NCBI GenBank assembly: GCA_963666985.2
Contig: CAXXIA010000002.1
Span: 1,472,001 to 1,536,000 of the forward strand
Reading direction: 5' to 3'
DNA: 64,000 nt
DNA from: Spirochaetia bacterium
GTDB lineage: Bacteria; Spirochaetota; Spirochaetia; DSM-2461
Shown: in pieces, positions 47,191 through 56,336 of the stretch
How positions within the stretch are numbered: the first letter of the stretch is position 1
How the letters are laid out: each line of letters begins with the position of its first letter
Notes under the pieces: model-generated
What the model was told of the DNA's origin: nothing
What the model saw: the letters and a program-made list of their open reading frames with translations, nothing else
Databases searched by the model: none
Translations under genes and position numbers: made by a program

Positions 47191-47277
47191 CCCACAAGGG
47201 CTGACCCACAAGGGCTGACCCACAAGGGCTGACCCACAAGGGCTGACCCACAAGGGCTGACCCACAAGGGCTGACCC
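47184..47277 (+). repeat. perfect 14-bp tandem repeat (GGGCTGACCCACAA) x6 plus a 10-bp partial copy
   Basis: Units start at 47184, 47198, 47212, 47226, 47240, 47254 and 47268 (partial). Confidence 0.97.
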
Positions 47278-47322
47278 GAAAGCCGATTCTCGCCGGCAGC
47301 ACGAACCTGTATGCTAAGAAAC

Positions 47323-47940
47323 ATGGAATCACTGCCCCGGCGCCTTTTCGGTCTCTTTATTTCCTATCTTAAAATCGCCGCGTCCACTCTGGGCGGCGGA
47401 ATGGCGATGCTCCCTGTGATGGAGGAAGAATTCGTTGAGAAGCGGCACTGGCTGACCTCCGAAGACTTCCTGGACGTCGTAACCCTGATCAACGCACTGC
47501 CCGGAGTCATCGCCATCAACTCATCCCTGGTTATCGGAAGCAAAGTGGCCGGTGCGGCCGGTGCGGCCGTCGCCTGCATCGGGGGGTTGATTCCTTCCGT
47601 CGCCGTTATTCTGCTCCTGGCGCCCCTGATTTCCCTCATCCGGAACGCCCCCGCGGCGATTGCGGCATTCACCTCGGTCAGAGCGGCCGTGGCGGCCCTT
47701 ATCCTTCTGCTCATCATCAGGCAGGGGAAAAAACTCAACGCGGGATTAAAGGAATGGGCGTTTGCGTTGACGGCGCTGGCCGCGGTCCGTATCGTGGGAA
47801 TCCACCCCATCATCATTATCCCCGCGGCCGGGATTCTCGGATTCTTCGTATTCCGCGGCGATGATTCCGGCTCTCCGGAAGAAGATTCGGCACGGCTTAA
47901 TCCTCAAAAAACGCTTCCTCGGAAAAGGCGGCGGCGATGA
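47323..47940 (+). CDS. chrA: short-chain chromate transporter (CHR family), first half
   Basis: TLGGGMAM, FVEKRHWL, LPGVIAIN. Confidence 0.85.
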   Translation: MESLPRRLFGLFISYLKIAASTLGGGMAMLPVMEEEFVEKRHWLTSEDFLDVVTLINALPGVIAINSSLVIGSKVAGAAGAAVACIGGLIPSVAVILLLAPLISLIRNAPAAIAAFTSVRAAVAALILLLIIRQGKKLNAGLKEWAFALTALAAVRIVGIHPIIIIPAAGILGFFVFRGDDSGSPEEDSARLNPQKTLPRKRRRR

Positions 47941-48530
47941 TTCTCTGGGAACTCTTCGGTGTTTTCGCGCGCATCGGCGCGGTTACCTTCGGCGGCGGTT
48001 ATGCGATGGTCTCGCTGATTGAGCGGGAGATAACCGACCGGATGTGGCTCACAACGGCCGAATTCGCCGATATCGTCGCCGTAAGTCAGATGACTCCGGG
48101 CCCTCTGGCCCTGAACGTGGCCACTTATGTGGGAAGACAGACGGCGGGCGTTCCCGGCGCATTGGTTGCCTCATTTGGGCTGGCCGCTCCCGCCGCCGTC
48201 ATCATCGCTCTCGCCCTCTTGGTGGTCCGATCGGGTAGAAAAACAGCCTGGATTGGAGCGGCTGTTCGCGGTATCCGCGCCGCCGCATTGGGTCTGATAG
48301 GCACGGCGATTCTTTTCTTCCTGGAAAGCTCCGTAATCCAAGGACTGCCGGACGGACCGATCTGGTCGAAATCCGGCGGCGCATCGGGCCCTTTGGAGTT
48401 TTCCGCGACGGCGGCCGCGGTTTTCGCCGTTACGCTTTTTGCGGCGCATCGTTTTAAACTGGGGCCGATTCGCGTTATTCTCGGAGCGGCCGTTTTGGGT
48501 TTAATCGCCTATGCGGCCGGATTACCCTAA
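47937..48530 (+). CDS. chrA: short-chain chromate transporter (CHR family), second half
   Basis: FGGGYAM, SQMTPGPLALNVATYVG; ATGA overlap. Confidence 0.88.
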   Translation: MILWELFGVFARIGAVTFGGGYAMVSLIEREITDRMWLTTAEFADIVAVSQMTPGPLALNVATYVGRQTAGVPGALVASFGLAAPAAVIIALALLVVRSGRKTAWIGAAVRGIRAAALGLIGTAILFFLESSVIQGLPDGPIWSKSGGASGPLEFSATAAAVFAVTLFAAHRFKLGPIRVILGAAVLGLIAYAAGLP

Positions 48531-48615
48531 GCTTTTTTCAATAAAGCCTCTTGAAATTCCAATAAATATACCGGCGCCTGTGGCGATAGGGTCAAATAGT
48601 ATGTAATGTAGACCT

Positions 48616-50790
48616 ATGTTCAGCGAACTTTGGAAAAAACTCATTCATCGCGTCATGCTCTCATCCTCGCCCAATGCCCACGAGGCGGAAATGAACAGCG
48701 GCGCCGTCGAAGATTTGGATTTTAAAGGCTCTTCCGACAGCGGCGGAAGTCCCGCCGAACGAACGGAGAAAATTCTCTCGGCGATGACTCTCGAGGAAAA
48801 AATAGGCTTTATCGGCGGTTATAAGTCTCTGGCGATTCGCGCCCTGCCGCGATTCGGTCTGCCGTCGGTATGGATGACCGATGCCTCCAGCGGCCCGCGC
48901 TGTTTCGGCCCCACCACGGCCTTTCCTTCGGCGGTGGCCATGGCGGCCGCATGGGATACGGATCTGACCGCCGCTTCGGCGGATCATATCGCCGAAATGA
49001 CGCGGGCCAAAGGCGTTTCGATTCTCCTCGGACCGGGTGTGAACATCGCCCGCATCCCCACTTGCGGACGCAATTTCGAATACCTTGGGGAAGATCCCTA
49101 CCTGGCCGGCGTTCAGGCCACAGCGTACGTGAAAGCCTGCGCAAAACGCGGCGTTATCTGCACCGTCAAACACATGGCGGTTAACAATTCCGAATACGAT
49201 CGGCATAAAATCTCCTCGGACCTTGATGAGAGAACCCTTCGGGAAATCTACCTTCCGGCGTTTGAAAGGACGGTAACCGAAGGAAAAACGCGGGCCGTTA
49301 TGTCCTCTTACAATCCCGTCAACGGTACCTGGGCCAGCGAAAACCGCCTCCTGCTCACCGACATTCTCAGAACCGAATGGGGCTTCGACGGCATGGTCGT
49401 CTCGGATTGGAATTCCCTCTATTCCACATCGGGCCCTTTAAAAGCCGGACTCGACATCGAGATGCCCAAGGCGAAATGGCTCTCGCCCAAACGGATCAAA
49501 GCGGCCCTCGCGGCCGGCTCGGTCGACGAGACCGACCTGAACCGCATGGTCGGCAATCTGCTGCGCACCCTTTTCGCCGCCGGGGTTTACGACCGGCCGG
49601 TTAAAGATCCCGATTCAAGAGAATTCCATCCGGACCACGATGCGGCGGCGCTCGAAGCGGCGAGAAGCGGCATCGTCCTTTTGAAAAACGACGGCGCCGC
49701 CCTTCCGCTTCCCGAAGGGAAAGGCGTTACCATCGCCGTCTGCGGTCCGCCGGAAGTGCAGAGCGCCGTTTTGGGCGGCGGTTCCTGCAATATCGTTAAA
49801 ACCACCGGAACCGTCGCTCTGCCCGACGGCATGAAGAATATCGCCGCCGAAGGCACCGCCGTCATTACGATTCCCTGGAATAAAGGACATCTCGACGAAG
49901 CGGCACGAAAGATACTGGGCGAAGCGGACGCCGTCGTGATTGCCTGCGGCTATCACTACATTACCGAAAGCGAACTCTATGAACGGCCCTGGATTCTGCC
50001 CAAAGCGCAGAGGCGGCTCATAAAAGAGGCATCCGCCTTAAATCCGCGGACCGTGGTAACGCTGAACACCGGCGGCGATGTGGAAACAGAAAGCTGGATA
50101 TCCGGAGTACCGGCTCTGCTCCACGGTTTCTTCCTCGGCCAATCGGTGGGCACGGCCCTGGCCGAAGTTCTCTTCGGCAGAGCGAATCCTTCCGGCCGGC
50201 TGCCGTTCACCATGGCGAAAAAATGGACCGACATCGCCGCCGTGAAGAACTACCCCAAACGCTATTGGAAAACCACGCTGGGCCGCATGATTGTGGGACA
50301 GGGAAACCCGCATTGGCGGCGCATGCGGCATTGGCGTTATACCGAAGGACTCATGATCGGGTACCGGCATTTCGATACGGCCGGAATCGAACCCGCCTTT
50401 CCCTTCGGGCACGGCCTGAGCTACACGGAATTCAAACTCGACGACTTGCGTCTTTCCCGAAAAAAAATCGGAGCCGAGGATGCCCTCGACGTAACGGTTC
50501 GGGTAACCAACACCGGCAACCGGCCGGGTGCCGAGGTGGTGCAGATTTACATTGAAGACGTCGAAAGCCGTCTGCCGAGGCCGAAAAAAGAACTGAAGGG
50601 GTTCGCGAAAGTTCGTCTGAATCCCGGTGAATCCGCCGACGTGAAAATCAAACTGGAACCGAGAGCTTTCCGCTATTGGGATCCCGACGCCGAAGGCGGC
50701 GGCACATGGATCTTCGAACCCGGTGAATTCCGCGTCCTGGCGGGACGAAGTTCCCGAAGAATCGACCTGGAAAAAACAATTTCAGGATAA
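48616..50790 (+). CDS. GH3 beta-glucosidase
   Basis: GRNFEYLGEDP, KH, VMSSYN, VVSDW nucleophile, NPSGRLP, PFGHGLSYT, Fn3-like tail. Confidence 0.93.
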   Translation: MFSELWKKLIHRVMLSSSPNAHEAEMNSGAVEDLDFKGSSDSGGSPAERTEKILSAMTLEEKIGFIGGYKSLAIRALPRFGLPSVWMTDASSGPRCFGPTTAFPSAVAMAAAWDTDLTAASADHIAEMTRAKGVSILLGPGVNIARIPTCGRNFEYLGEDPYLAGVQATAYVKACAKRGVICTVKHMAVNNSEYDRHKISSDLDERTLREIYLPAFERTVTEGKTRAVMSSYNPVNGTWASENRLLLTDILRTEWGFDGMVVSDWNSLYSTSGPLKAGLDIEMPKAKWLSPKRIKAALAAGSVDETDLNRMVGNLLRTLFAAGVYDRPVKDPDSREFHPDHDAAALEAARSGIVLLKNDGAALPLPEGKGVTIAVCGPPEVQSAVLGGGSCNIVKTTGTVALPDGMKNIAAEGTAVITIPWNKGHLDEAARKILGEADAVVIACGYHYITESELYERPWILPKAQRRLIKEASALNPRTVVTLNTGGDVETESWISGVPALLHGFFLGQSVGTALAEVLFGRANPSGRLPFTMAKKWTDIAAVKNYPKRYWKTTLGRMIVGQGNPHWRRMRHWRYTEGLMIGYRHFDTAGIEPAFPFGHGLSYTEFKLDDLRLSRKKIGAEDALDVTVRVTNTGNRPGAEVVQIYIEDVESRLPRPKKELKGFAKVRLNPGESADVKIKLEPRAFRYWDPDAEGGGTWIFEPGEFRVLAGRSSRRIDLEKTISG

Positions 50791-50845
50791 TAACAGGCTG
50801 GCGAAAAACCGCATTCCCGATACAATTCCGGTCCGAAGCGGAGTT

Positions 50846-52189
50846 ATGGACCACAGTATCGATAAAAGAATGAACATCATCTCTCTTACCTGGCCCATCT
50901 GGATTGAAACGGCCCTGCGAATGACGTTCATGTCGGTGGATGTCTTCATGCTTTCGGCCTATTCGGACAGAGCCGTCGCGGCCGTCGGTGTTATGTCCCA
51001 GATGGGATTTTTCATCATCATTCTTTTCATGACCGTCTCGGCCGGTGCCGGTATCCTCATATCTCAGGCAAACGGCGCGGGAAAGAAAGAAAAAGCCGCG
51101 AATATGGCTATGGCCGGAGTCCTGATGTCCACGGTATTCGGCGTTATCATCAGTATTCTAATCCGCGTTTTTACACGTCCCATCATCGGAGTTTTCGAAA
51201 TGGAATCCGATGTCGCCGAATACGCACGCGAGTATCTTGCGATTTTCGGTTCTTTTTCTTTCACCATCGCCCTGAGCACCATCTTTACATCCATTCTGCG
51301 CTCCTTCGGTTATTCCAAGCCGCCCATGTACATCAACATGGCCGCAAATATTCTGAATATCGTTGGAAATTATCTATTTATTTTCGGGCCTTTCGGCATA
51401 CCGGTTCTGGGTGTTGTCGGTGTTGCCGTCTCAACCGTGGTTTCCCGCGGTTTGGGGGCCGTCGTCATGCTGATCATCATTCTCAAAAAAAACGACATTC
51501 CTTTCGAAGCCTCACGCGTCTCCAAAATCGGTTTTCAGGAAATTAAACACATCCTCTCTCTCGGAATTCCCCATGCCGGAGAAAATCTTTCGTTTAATTT
51601 GGCCCAAATGGTCTCGCTCTGGGCGATTTCCCGCATGGGAACCGCCAGTCTTTCGGCCTATTCCTATGCCGTTTCGATTTCCCGCTTTATCTATTTAACC
51701 CCGTTTTCCATCGGCCAGGGCTCCATGGTTCTGGTTGGCTACCTGGTCGGAGCCGGGCAATACGAGGAAGCTTACCGGAAAGTCTTTCGCTATTACGCCG
51801 TCTCGGTCCTCTTAACAATAACCATGGCCGCGACAATTGCCGTTTTTCGGTTCCCCATTACGAGAATCTTCACAGACGATCCGAAAATCACCGCCCTTAC
51901 CGCCTCCATCCTCCTCTACTCTCTGGTCTATGAACCGGGAAGAACGGCGAATCTGATATTCGTCAACGCCATCAAAGGCGCCGGAGACATAAAATTCCCG
52001 GTCGGCGTCGCGCTTGTAACAATGTGGCTGCTGGCGGCGGGAGGATCCTATCTTCTGGGACTGGGCCTTGGAATCGGCGTTTTAGGTGTTTTCATCGCCT
52101 TTTCCGCCGACGAATGGATTCGGGGATTCATTATGTTTCTCCGATGGAAAAGCCGCCGATGGGAAAGGGCTACGGCCGGCGGCCTTTAA
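50846..52189 (+). CDS. MATE family efflux transporter
   Basis: 12 TM segments, DVFMLS..SDRAVAAVG, GAGD, DEWIRG; GGAG RBS before ATG 50846. Confidence 0.9.
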   Translation: MDHSIDKRMNIISLTWPIWIETALRMTFMSVDVFMLSAYSDRAVAAVGVMSQMGFFIIILFMTVSAGAGILISQANGAGKKEKAANMAMAGVLMSTVFGVIISILIRVFTRPIIGVFEMESDVAEYAREYLAIFGSFSFTIALSTIFTSILRSFGYSKPPMYINMAANILNIVGNYLFIFGPFGIPVLGVVGVAVSTVVSRGLGAVVMLIIILKKNDIPFEASRVSKIGFQEIKHILSLGIPHAGENLSFNLAQMVSLWAISRMGTASLSAYSYAVSISRFIYLTPFSIGQGSMVLVGYLVGAGQYEEAYRKVFRYYAVSVLLTITMAATIAVFRFPITRIFTDDPKITALTASILLYSLVYEPGRTANLIFVNAIKGAGDIKFPVGVALVTMWLLAAGGSYLLGLGLGIGVLGVFIAFSADEWIRGFIMFLRWKSRRWERATAGGL

Positions 52190-52268
52190 AATCGAAGGAT
52201 TATTTGAAAGCGCCTGAAATTATAATATTTATAGAGGACATAATAATTCAAATAATTAATAATATTGT

Positions 52269-54059
52269 ATGCGCCTCAGCCTGTTGAAAATCGGCATAAT
52301 GGCGTTCCTCGTCGGTTTTCCGTACTTGGAACCGGCGGCCGCCGAGACCCATACTCCCACCGCGTACGCGGGAATAATGGATCTGACGTCCAACGAGGAC
52401 ATGGGGATTCAGCATCTTAGAGGGGAATGGATGTTCACCTCGGAAGACGGTTCGGCACCCATCCCCATACAAGTACCGGGCACGTGGAATCACATCACCG
52501 GAAATCCCTACTCGGAAGGAGTGTATACCCTGCGGCTTTTGCCGCCGACTTCCGCGGCGGAAAAAGCCGCTATTGGAGGACTGCTTCTTCCGGAACTTTC
52601 CCAAGCGCTTGAAGTCCGCGTGAACGGCCGGCTGATTTTCTCTTCCGGAGACATGAAAACGGGAAAGGCGGATTTCACCCGGGAACTTATTCCGTTCATG
52701 ATTGAGCCGGAAATCCTTTTATCCATAAAAATAAAAAACGCGCAATTTCGTAACGGCGGACTCCTCTACGTTCCTGTTTTCAGCGACTACGATCAGCTCA
52801 AAAGATTCAGAGAAAGAAAAATCTTCTTAGAAGCATTGATAATCGGGATACTGCTGCTGGTTGCGCTTTATCACCTTCTGCTGTTCGCCTGGCGATACCA
52901 GAACGTTTCGGCCCTGTATTTGGGATTTGCGGCCCTGCTCATGATTTTCCGGGGACTCACGACGGGCGAAAATCTTATTACCGTCCTCTTTCCCAATTTC
53001 TCATGGACTCTCGATTACCGGATTGAATACATTTCGGCCTATCTCAGCGCCCTGGCGCTTCTGCGCTTCCTCGATACGACCTTCCCATTCCGGAATCAAT
53101 TCGTTAAAGGAGCCATAACGATAATTTCCGGATGTATTATTGCCGTATCGCTCTTCACGACGGTTCTCCCCATTTCCCTTCTCAGCAAGACCGTTTATCT
53201 CCTTCAGGGATGTATTTTAATCTGTTTATTACTCGGACTTGCCGTTATCATCCACGGTTATAAAGAAAAAAAAGCGGCATCAGATTTGTTTTTCTGGGGA
53301 GGTCTTATAAGTATCGTCCTCTTCATCGGCGATTGCGCTTACTACTTATTTCTCCCGTTCAGCATTTTTAATTCCGGACTAATCGGCATACTTATTTTTC
53401 TTCTTGTACAAACCTTCGTTCTTTCACGGATTTACGGCACCGCCTATCTCCGGGCGGAAAGTTTAACCAGAACCCTGGAAGATGAGGTTTTGAAACGAAC
53501 CGCCGCTCTGGAAAATACGAATCATTCGCTTCAGGAAGAAATTACGCAAAGAAAACGGGTGGAAGAACGGCTCACGGTTCTTTCCACCACCGATCCGCTG
53601 ACGGGCGCGGCGAATCGAAATAAAATGAACGCCCTTCTGGAACAAAATCATAAGGTGTTCTTACGATACGAAACCTGTTACGGACTCATCATGTTCGACG
53701 TGGATCACTTCAAGCGCGTGAACGACCGATACGGACATGCCGTCGGCGACCGGGTTTTAAAAAGGCTTGTCGAGATTACACTCGGCGTTATCCGGCAATG
53801 CGACATTCTGGCACGCTGGGGAGGAGAAGAATTCCTGGTTCTTCTGCCCACGCTGGATATTGAAGGGACGGTTTCCGCGGCGGAACGGATTCGTTCGGCT
53901 CTGGAAGAAGAAACACACCCCGAGGTGGGGACGGTCACCGCGAGTTTCGGAGCCACGATTCCCCAAAACCGGGAAACCATGAAGGATATATTGGCCCGTT
54001 TGGACGGCTATCTTTACAAGGCAAAGCAGGAAGGGCGAAACAGGGTTGTCCATCGGTAA
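52269..54059 (+). CDS. diguanylate cyclase with extracellular sensor and 7TM-DISM-like domain
   Basis: Signal peptide, VPGTWN beta-domain, 7 TM segments, DPLTG, DVDHFK, RQCD I-site, GGEEF. Confidence 0.9.
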   Translation: MRLSLLKIGIMAFLVGFPYLEPAAAETHTPTAYAGIMDLTSNEDMGIQHLRGEWMFTSEDGSAPIPIQVPGTWNHITGNPYSEGVYTLRLLPPTSAAEKAAIGGLLLPELSQALEVRVNGRLIFSSGDMKTGKADFTRELIPFMIEPEILLSIKIKNAQFRNGGLLYVPVFSDYDQLKRFRERKIFLEALIIGILLLVALYHLLLFAWRYQNVSALYLGFAALLMIFRGLTTGENLITVLFPNFSWTLDYRIEYISAYLSALALLRFLDTTFPFRNQFVKGAITIISGCIIAVSLFTTVLPISLLSKTVYLLQGCILICLLLGLAVIIHGYKEKKAASDLFFWGGLISIVLFIGDCAYYLFLPFSIFNSGLIGILIFLLVQTFVLSRIYGTAYLRAESLTRTLEDEVLKRTAALENTNHSLQEEITQRKRVEERLTVLSTTDPLTGAANRNKMNALLEQNHKVFLRYETCYGLIMFDVDHFKRVNDRYGHAVGDRVLKRLVEITLGVIRQCDILARWGGEEFLVLLPTLDIEGTVSAAERIRSALEEETHPEVGTVTASFGATIPQNRETMKDILARLDGYLYKAKQEGRNRVVHR

Positions 54060-54102
54060 ACCTTATTTCCAACGACTGCTTACTCAACCGTGTGAGGCTC
54101 CG

Positions 54103-54993
54103 ATGAAAAATAATGCCAATCAAAGCCGCCTCAAGGCTTCCTTCTGGGTTCTGCTCTGCGTGGCGCTTTGGGCTCTTATTCCGGTTGTGTCCAAACTGGG
54201 TCAGGAGAGTCTGGACAACCATCAGTTTCTCTTCTGGTCCAGCATGGTTTCCTTCGGCACGCTCATAACCGCGGCCGGCGCAAGGGGCAGGCTCCGCGAA
54301 ATTCGTGAATTGCGGCCGCAAGAATTCTTAAAGCTCGGCATCCTCGGACTCCTGGGAACCTATATTTACTATCTCTTCCTCTATTTGGGCTATGCCCGGG
54401 CCGAAGGCATGGAAGTTCTGGTAATCCAATACACTTGGCCTTTTTTTATCGTGATCCTCTCCGCGCCGCTCCTCGGTGAACATCTGACGATAAAAAACAT
54501 CGCGGCGGCGCTTCTCGGATTCTCCGGAGTTCTTCTTGTACTGAGTAAAGGATCGTTTGGCTCCGTCCGTCTTTCGGACGGCCGAACAATCGCCCTGGTT
54601 CTGTTGGGCGCGTTCTGTTTCGCGCTGTTTTCCGTGTTGGGGAAAAAAATCTCTATAGATCCCTTAATCGCGACGGCCGTGTATTTTTTCGCCGCGATGA
54701 TTGCCTCGGGTGTGTCCATGCTTGTTTTCTCGGGCTGGAAAGTACCGCTGCGCTCCGAACTTCTTCCCATCCTGCTGAACGGGATTCTTGTCAACGGCGT
54801 CTCTTATTTGTTCTGGTTCTTTGCCCTGCGTGCCGGATCGGCATCCTACGTTGCGCCCTTCGTTTACCTGACGCCCGTTGTTTCGGCCGTTTATCTTATC
54901 CTGTTGTTCAAGCAGCCTTTCATTCCCGTTTATGCGGCGGGAATCGGTTTGGTTCTCGCCGGAGGACTGTTGAATTCCATCGGGAACGGCTGA
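54103..54993 (+). CDS. EamA/DMT family transporter
   Basis: 10 TM segments, QYTWP, YLTPVVS. Confidence 0.88.
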   Translation: MKNNANQSRLKASFWVLLCVALWALIPVVSKLGQESLDNHQFLFWSSMVSFGTLITAAGARGRLREIRELRPQEFLKLGILGLLGTYIYYLFLYLGYARAEGMEVLVIQYTWPFFIVILSAPLLGEHLTIKNIAAALLGFSGVLLVLSKGSFGSVRLSDGRTIALVLLGAFCFALFSVLGKKISIDPLIATAVYFFAAMIASGVSMLVFSGWKVPLRSELLPILLNGILVNGVSYLFWFFALRAGSASYVAPFVYLTPVVSAVYLILLFKQPFIPVYAAGIGLVLAGGLLNSIGNG

Positions 54994-55016
54994 ACGCGGC
55001 GACGCATCCGGCGGGG

Positions 55017-55601
55017 TCATTCCAAAACAACAAGACTCCGTCTATCACGGCGCAGCGCTTCGCGTTCTTCAAGCCTCTTTATCGCCCGATTAACCGACCG
55101 TTCGCTCACCCCGAAATAATCGGCGTACATTTTTCGCGTAAAATGGATTCCTCCGCGGCTGTTTTCACGAATGAGTTTAAGGAGCAATTCATCCGTTGAA
55201 AGGGAAAGCGCGTCGCTGGTTCTCAGCGACAGCCGCCGGAACCGAGCGCTTAAAGAGCGAAAAAGATGATTTCTGAATTCGGGGATTCCGTCGATAAGAG
55301 CCTGAAAACCCGGATAATCGAGTTCCAAAAGTTCGGTCTCATAAACGCTTTGAATATGACAAAGGAGCGGATCGCCCAGGAAAAACTCCACTTCGCCGAG
55401 CATCTCATTCTTCCCCATCAGATCGATCAGCATCTCTTTTCCGTCGTTTCCGCTTCGGAAAAGCTTCACCAATCCCGAGATGATGAAATACACGGCCTTC
55501 AGAGGGTCGCCCTGAACAACCAGGAATTCTCCCGGTGCAATCCTTTTGCGAATCGGCTGAACGGACGAATTTTCGATCAGGCCGACAATGTTCACTTCCA
55601 T
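55017..55601 (-). CDS. Crp/Fnr family transcriptional regulator
   Basis: cNMP-binding fold (QGD, YFIISGLVK, LGEVE) and C-terminal HTH ADYFGVSERSVNRA. Confidence 0.88.
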   Translation of the reverse strand: MEVNIVGLIENSSVQPIRKRIAPGEFLVVQGDPLKAVYFIISGLVKLFRSGNDGKEMLIDLMGKNEMLGEVEFFLGDPLLCHIQSVYETELLELDYPGFQALIDGIPEFRNHLFRSLSARFRRLSLRTSDALSLSTDELLLKLIRENSRGGIHFTRKMYADYFGVSERSVNRAIKRLEEREALRRDRRSLVVLE

Positions 55602-55720
55602 ATTTTTTCACCGCAACGGGACATTTGTCCTATCAATGTTTTTCATTCATCATCATATTCACCCCGAGGCCGTCCGAAAAAAGCCCGGCCATTCCGATAG
55701 ACTCTTAAGCGGAGAACAAT

Positions 55721-56164
55721 ATGACTACTTTATTCTATTATGCGGTCTGTTTGGTATTGGGATCCCTGATGACGTTTCATGTTTCCATGAATGCACGCGT
55801 GGGCACGCTGGTCGGCAATCCTTTTTTCGCCAATATGATTTTCTGGATTCTCGGAGCAATCGTCGCCGTGTTTACCTACTTCATTCACGGAGAAAAAGTG
55901 GGCCTTGCTCAGGCCCTCGAAGTACCGCTCTGGCTGTATACGGCGGGTATTCTCGGCGTCGGGATTTCTCTGGGAATTGTCTGTTTAATTCCAAAAGTCG
56001 GTATCGCGGGATTTACCATCATTATCCTCATCGGGCAGCTGATCTGTTCGGGCACCATGGGAGCGACCGGCTGCCTTTCGGACGGTATTACGCCAATCAA
56101 TCCCGCGAAGCTAATCGGCTATCTGCTCACGGCCGTAGGCGGATATCTGGTTATTGCCCGCTGA
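55721..56164 (+). CDS. DMT family transporter, YdcZ/DUF606 type
   Basis: MNARVG, PLWLYTAGILG, GQLI; GGAG RBS. Confidence 0.85.
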   Translation: MTTLFYYAVCLVLGSLMTFHVSMNARVGTLVGNPFFANMIFWILGAIVAVFTYFIHGEKVGLAQALEVPLWLYTAGILGVGISLGIVCLIPKVGIAGFTIIILIGQLICSGTMGATGCLSDGITPINPAKLIGYLLTAVGGYLVIAR

Positions 56165-56324
56165 AACAAGTCCCGGACGAATCTTGTATGAAAAATTATC
56201 GTTGATGGCATTGGATGGCCCGGCGCGTTCGGCGCCGCCGCTCCTATCCGCCTCTCCGCTTTGCTTCGGCCTTTCAGGGCCGAAGCCGAAAAGGCCGCTT
56301 TGCGCACTTCCCCCCGCCGCCGCG
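56163..56324. repeat. dispersed palindromic repeat, copy 1
   Basis: Core 56254-56303 matches 62471-62520 at 44/50; flanking similarity on both sides. Confidence 0.8.
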
Positions 56325-56336
56325 GTCGGGCGGCTC

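Noticed and set aside
47184..47277. CRISPR array
   Set aside because: Contiguous 14-bp units with no spacers, and no cas genes in the window
52277..52290. CAGCCTGTTGAAAA resembling the MITE end
   Set aside because: It lies inside the DGC signal-peptide codons and has no partner IR
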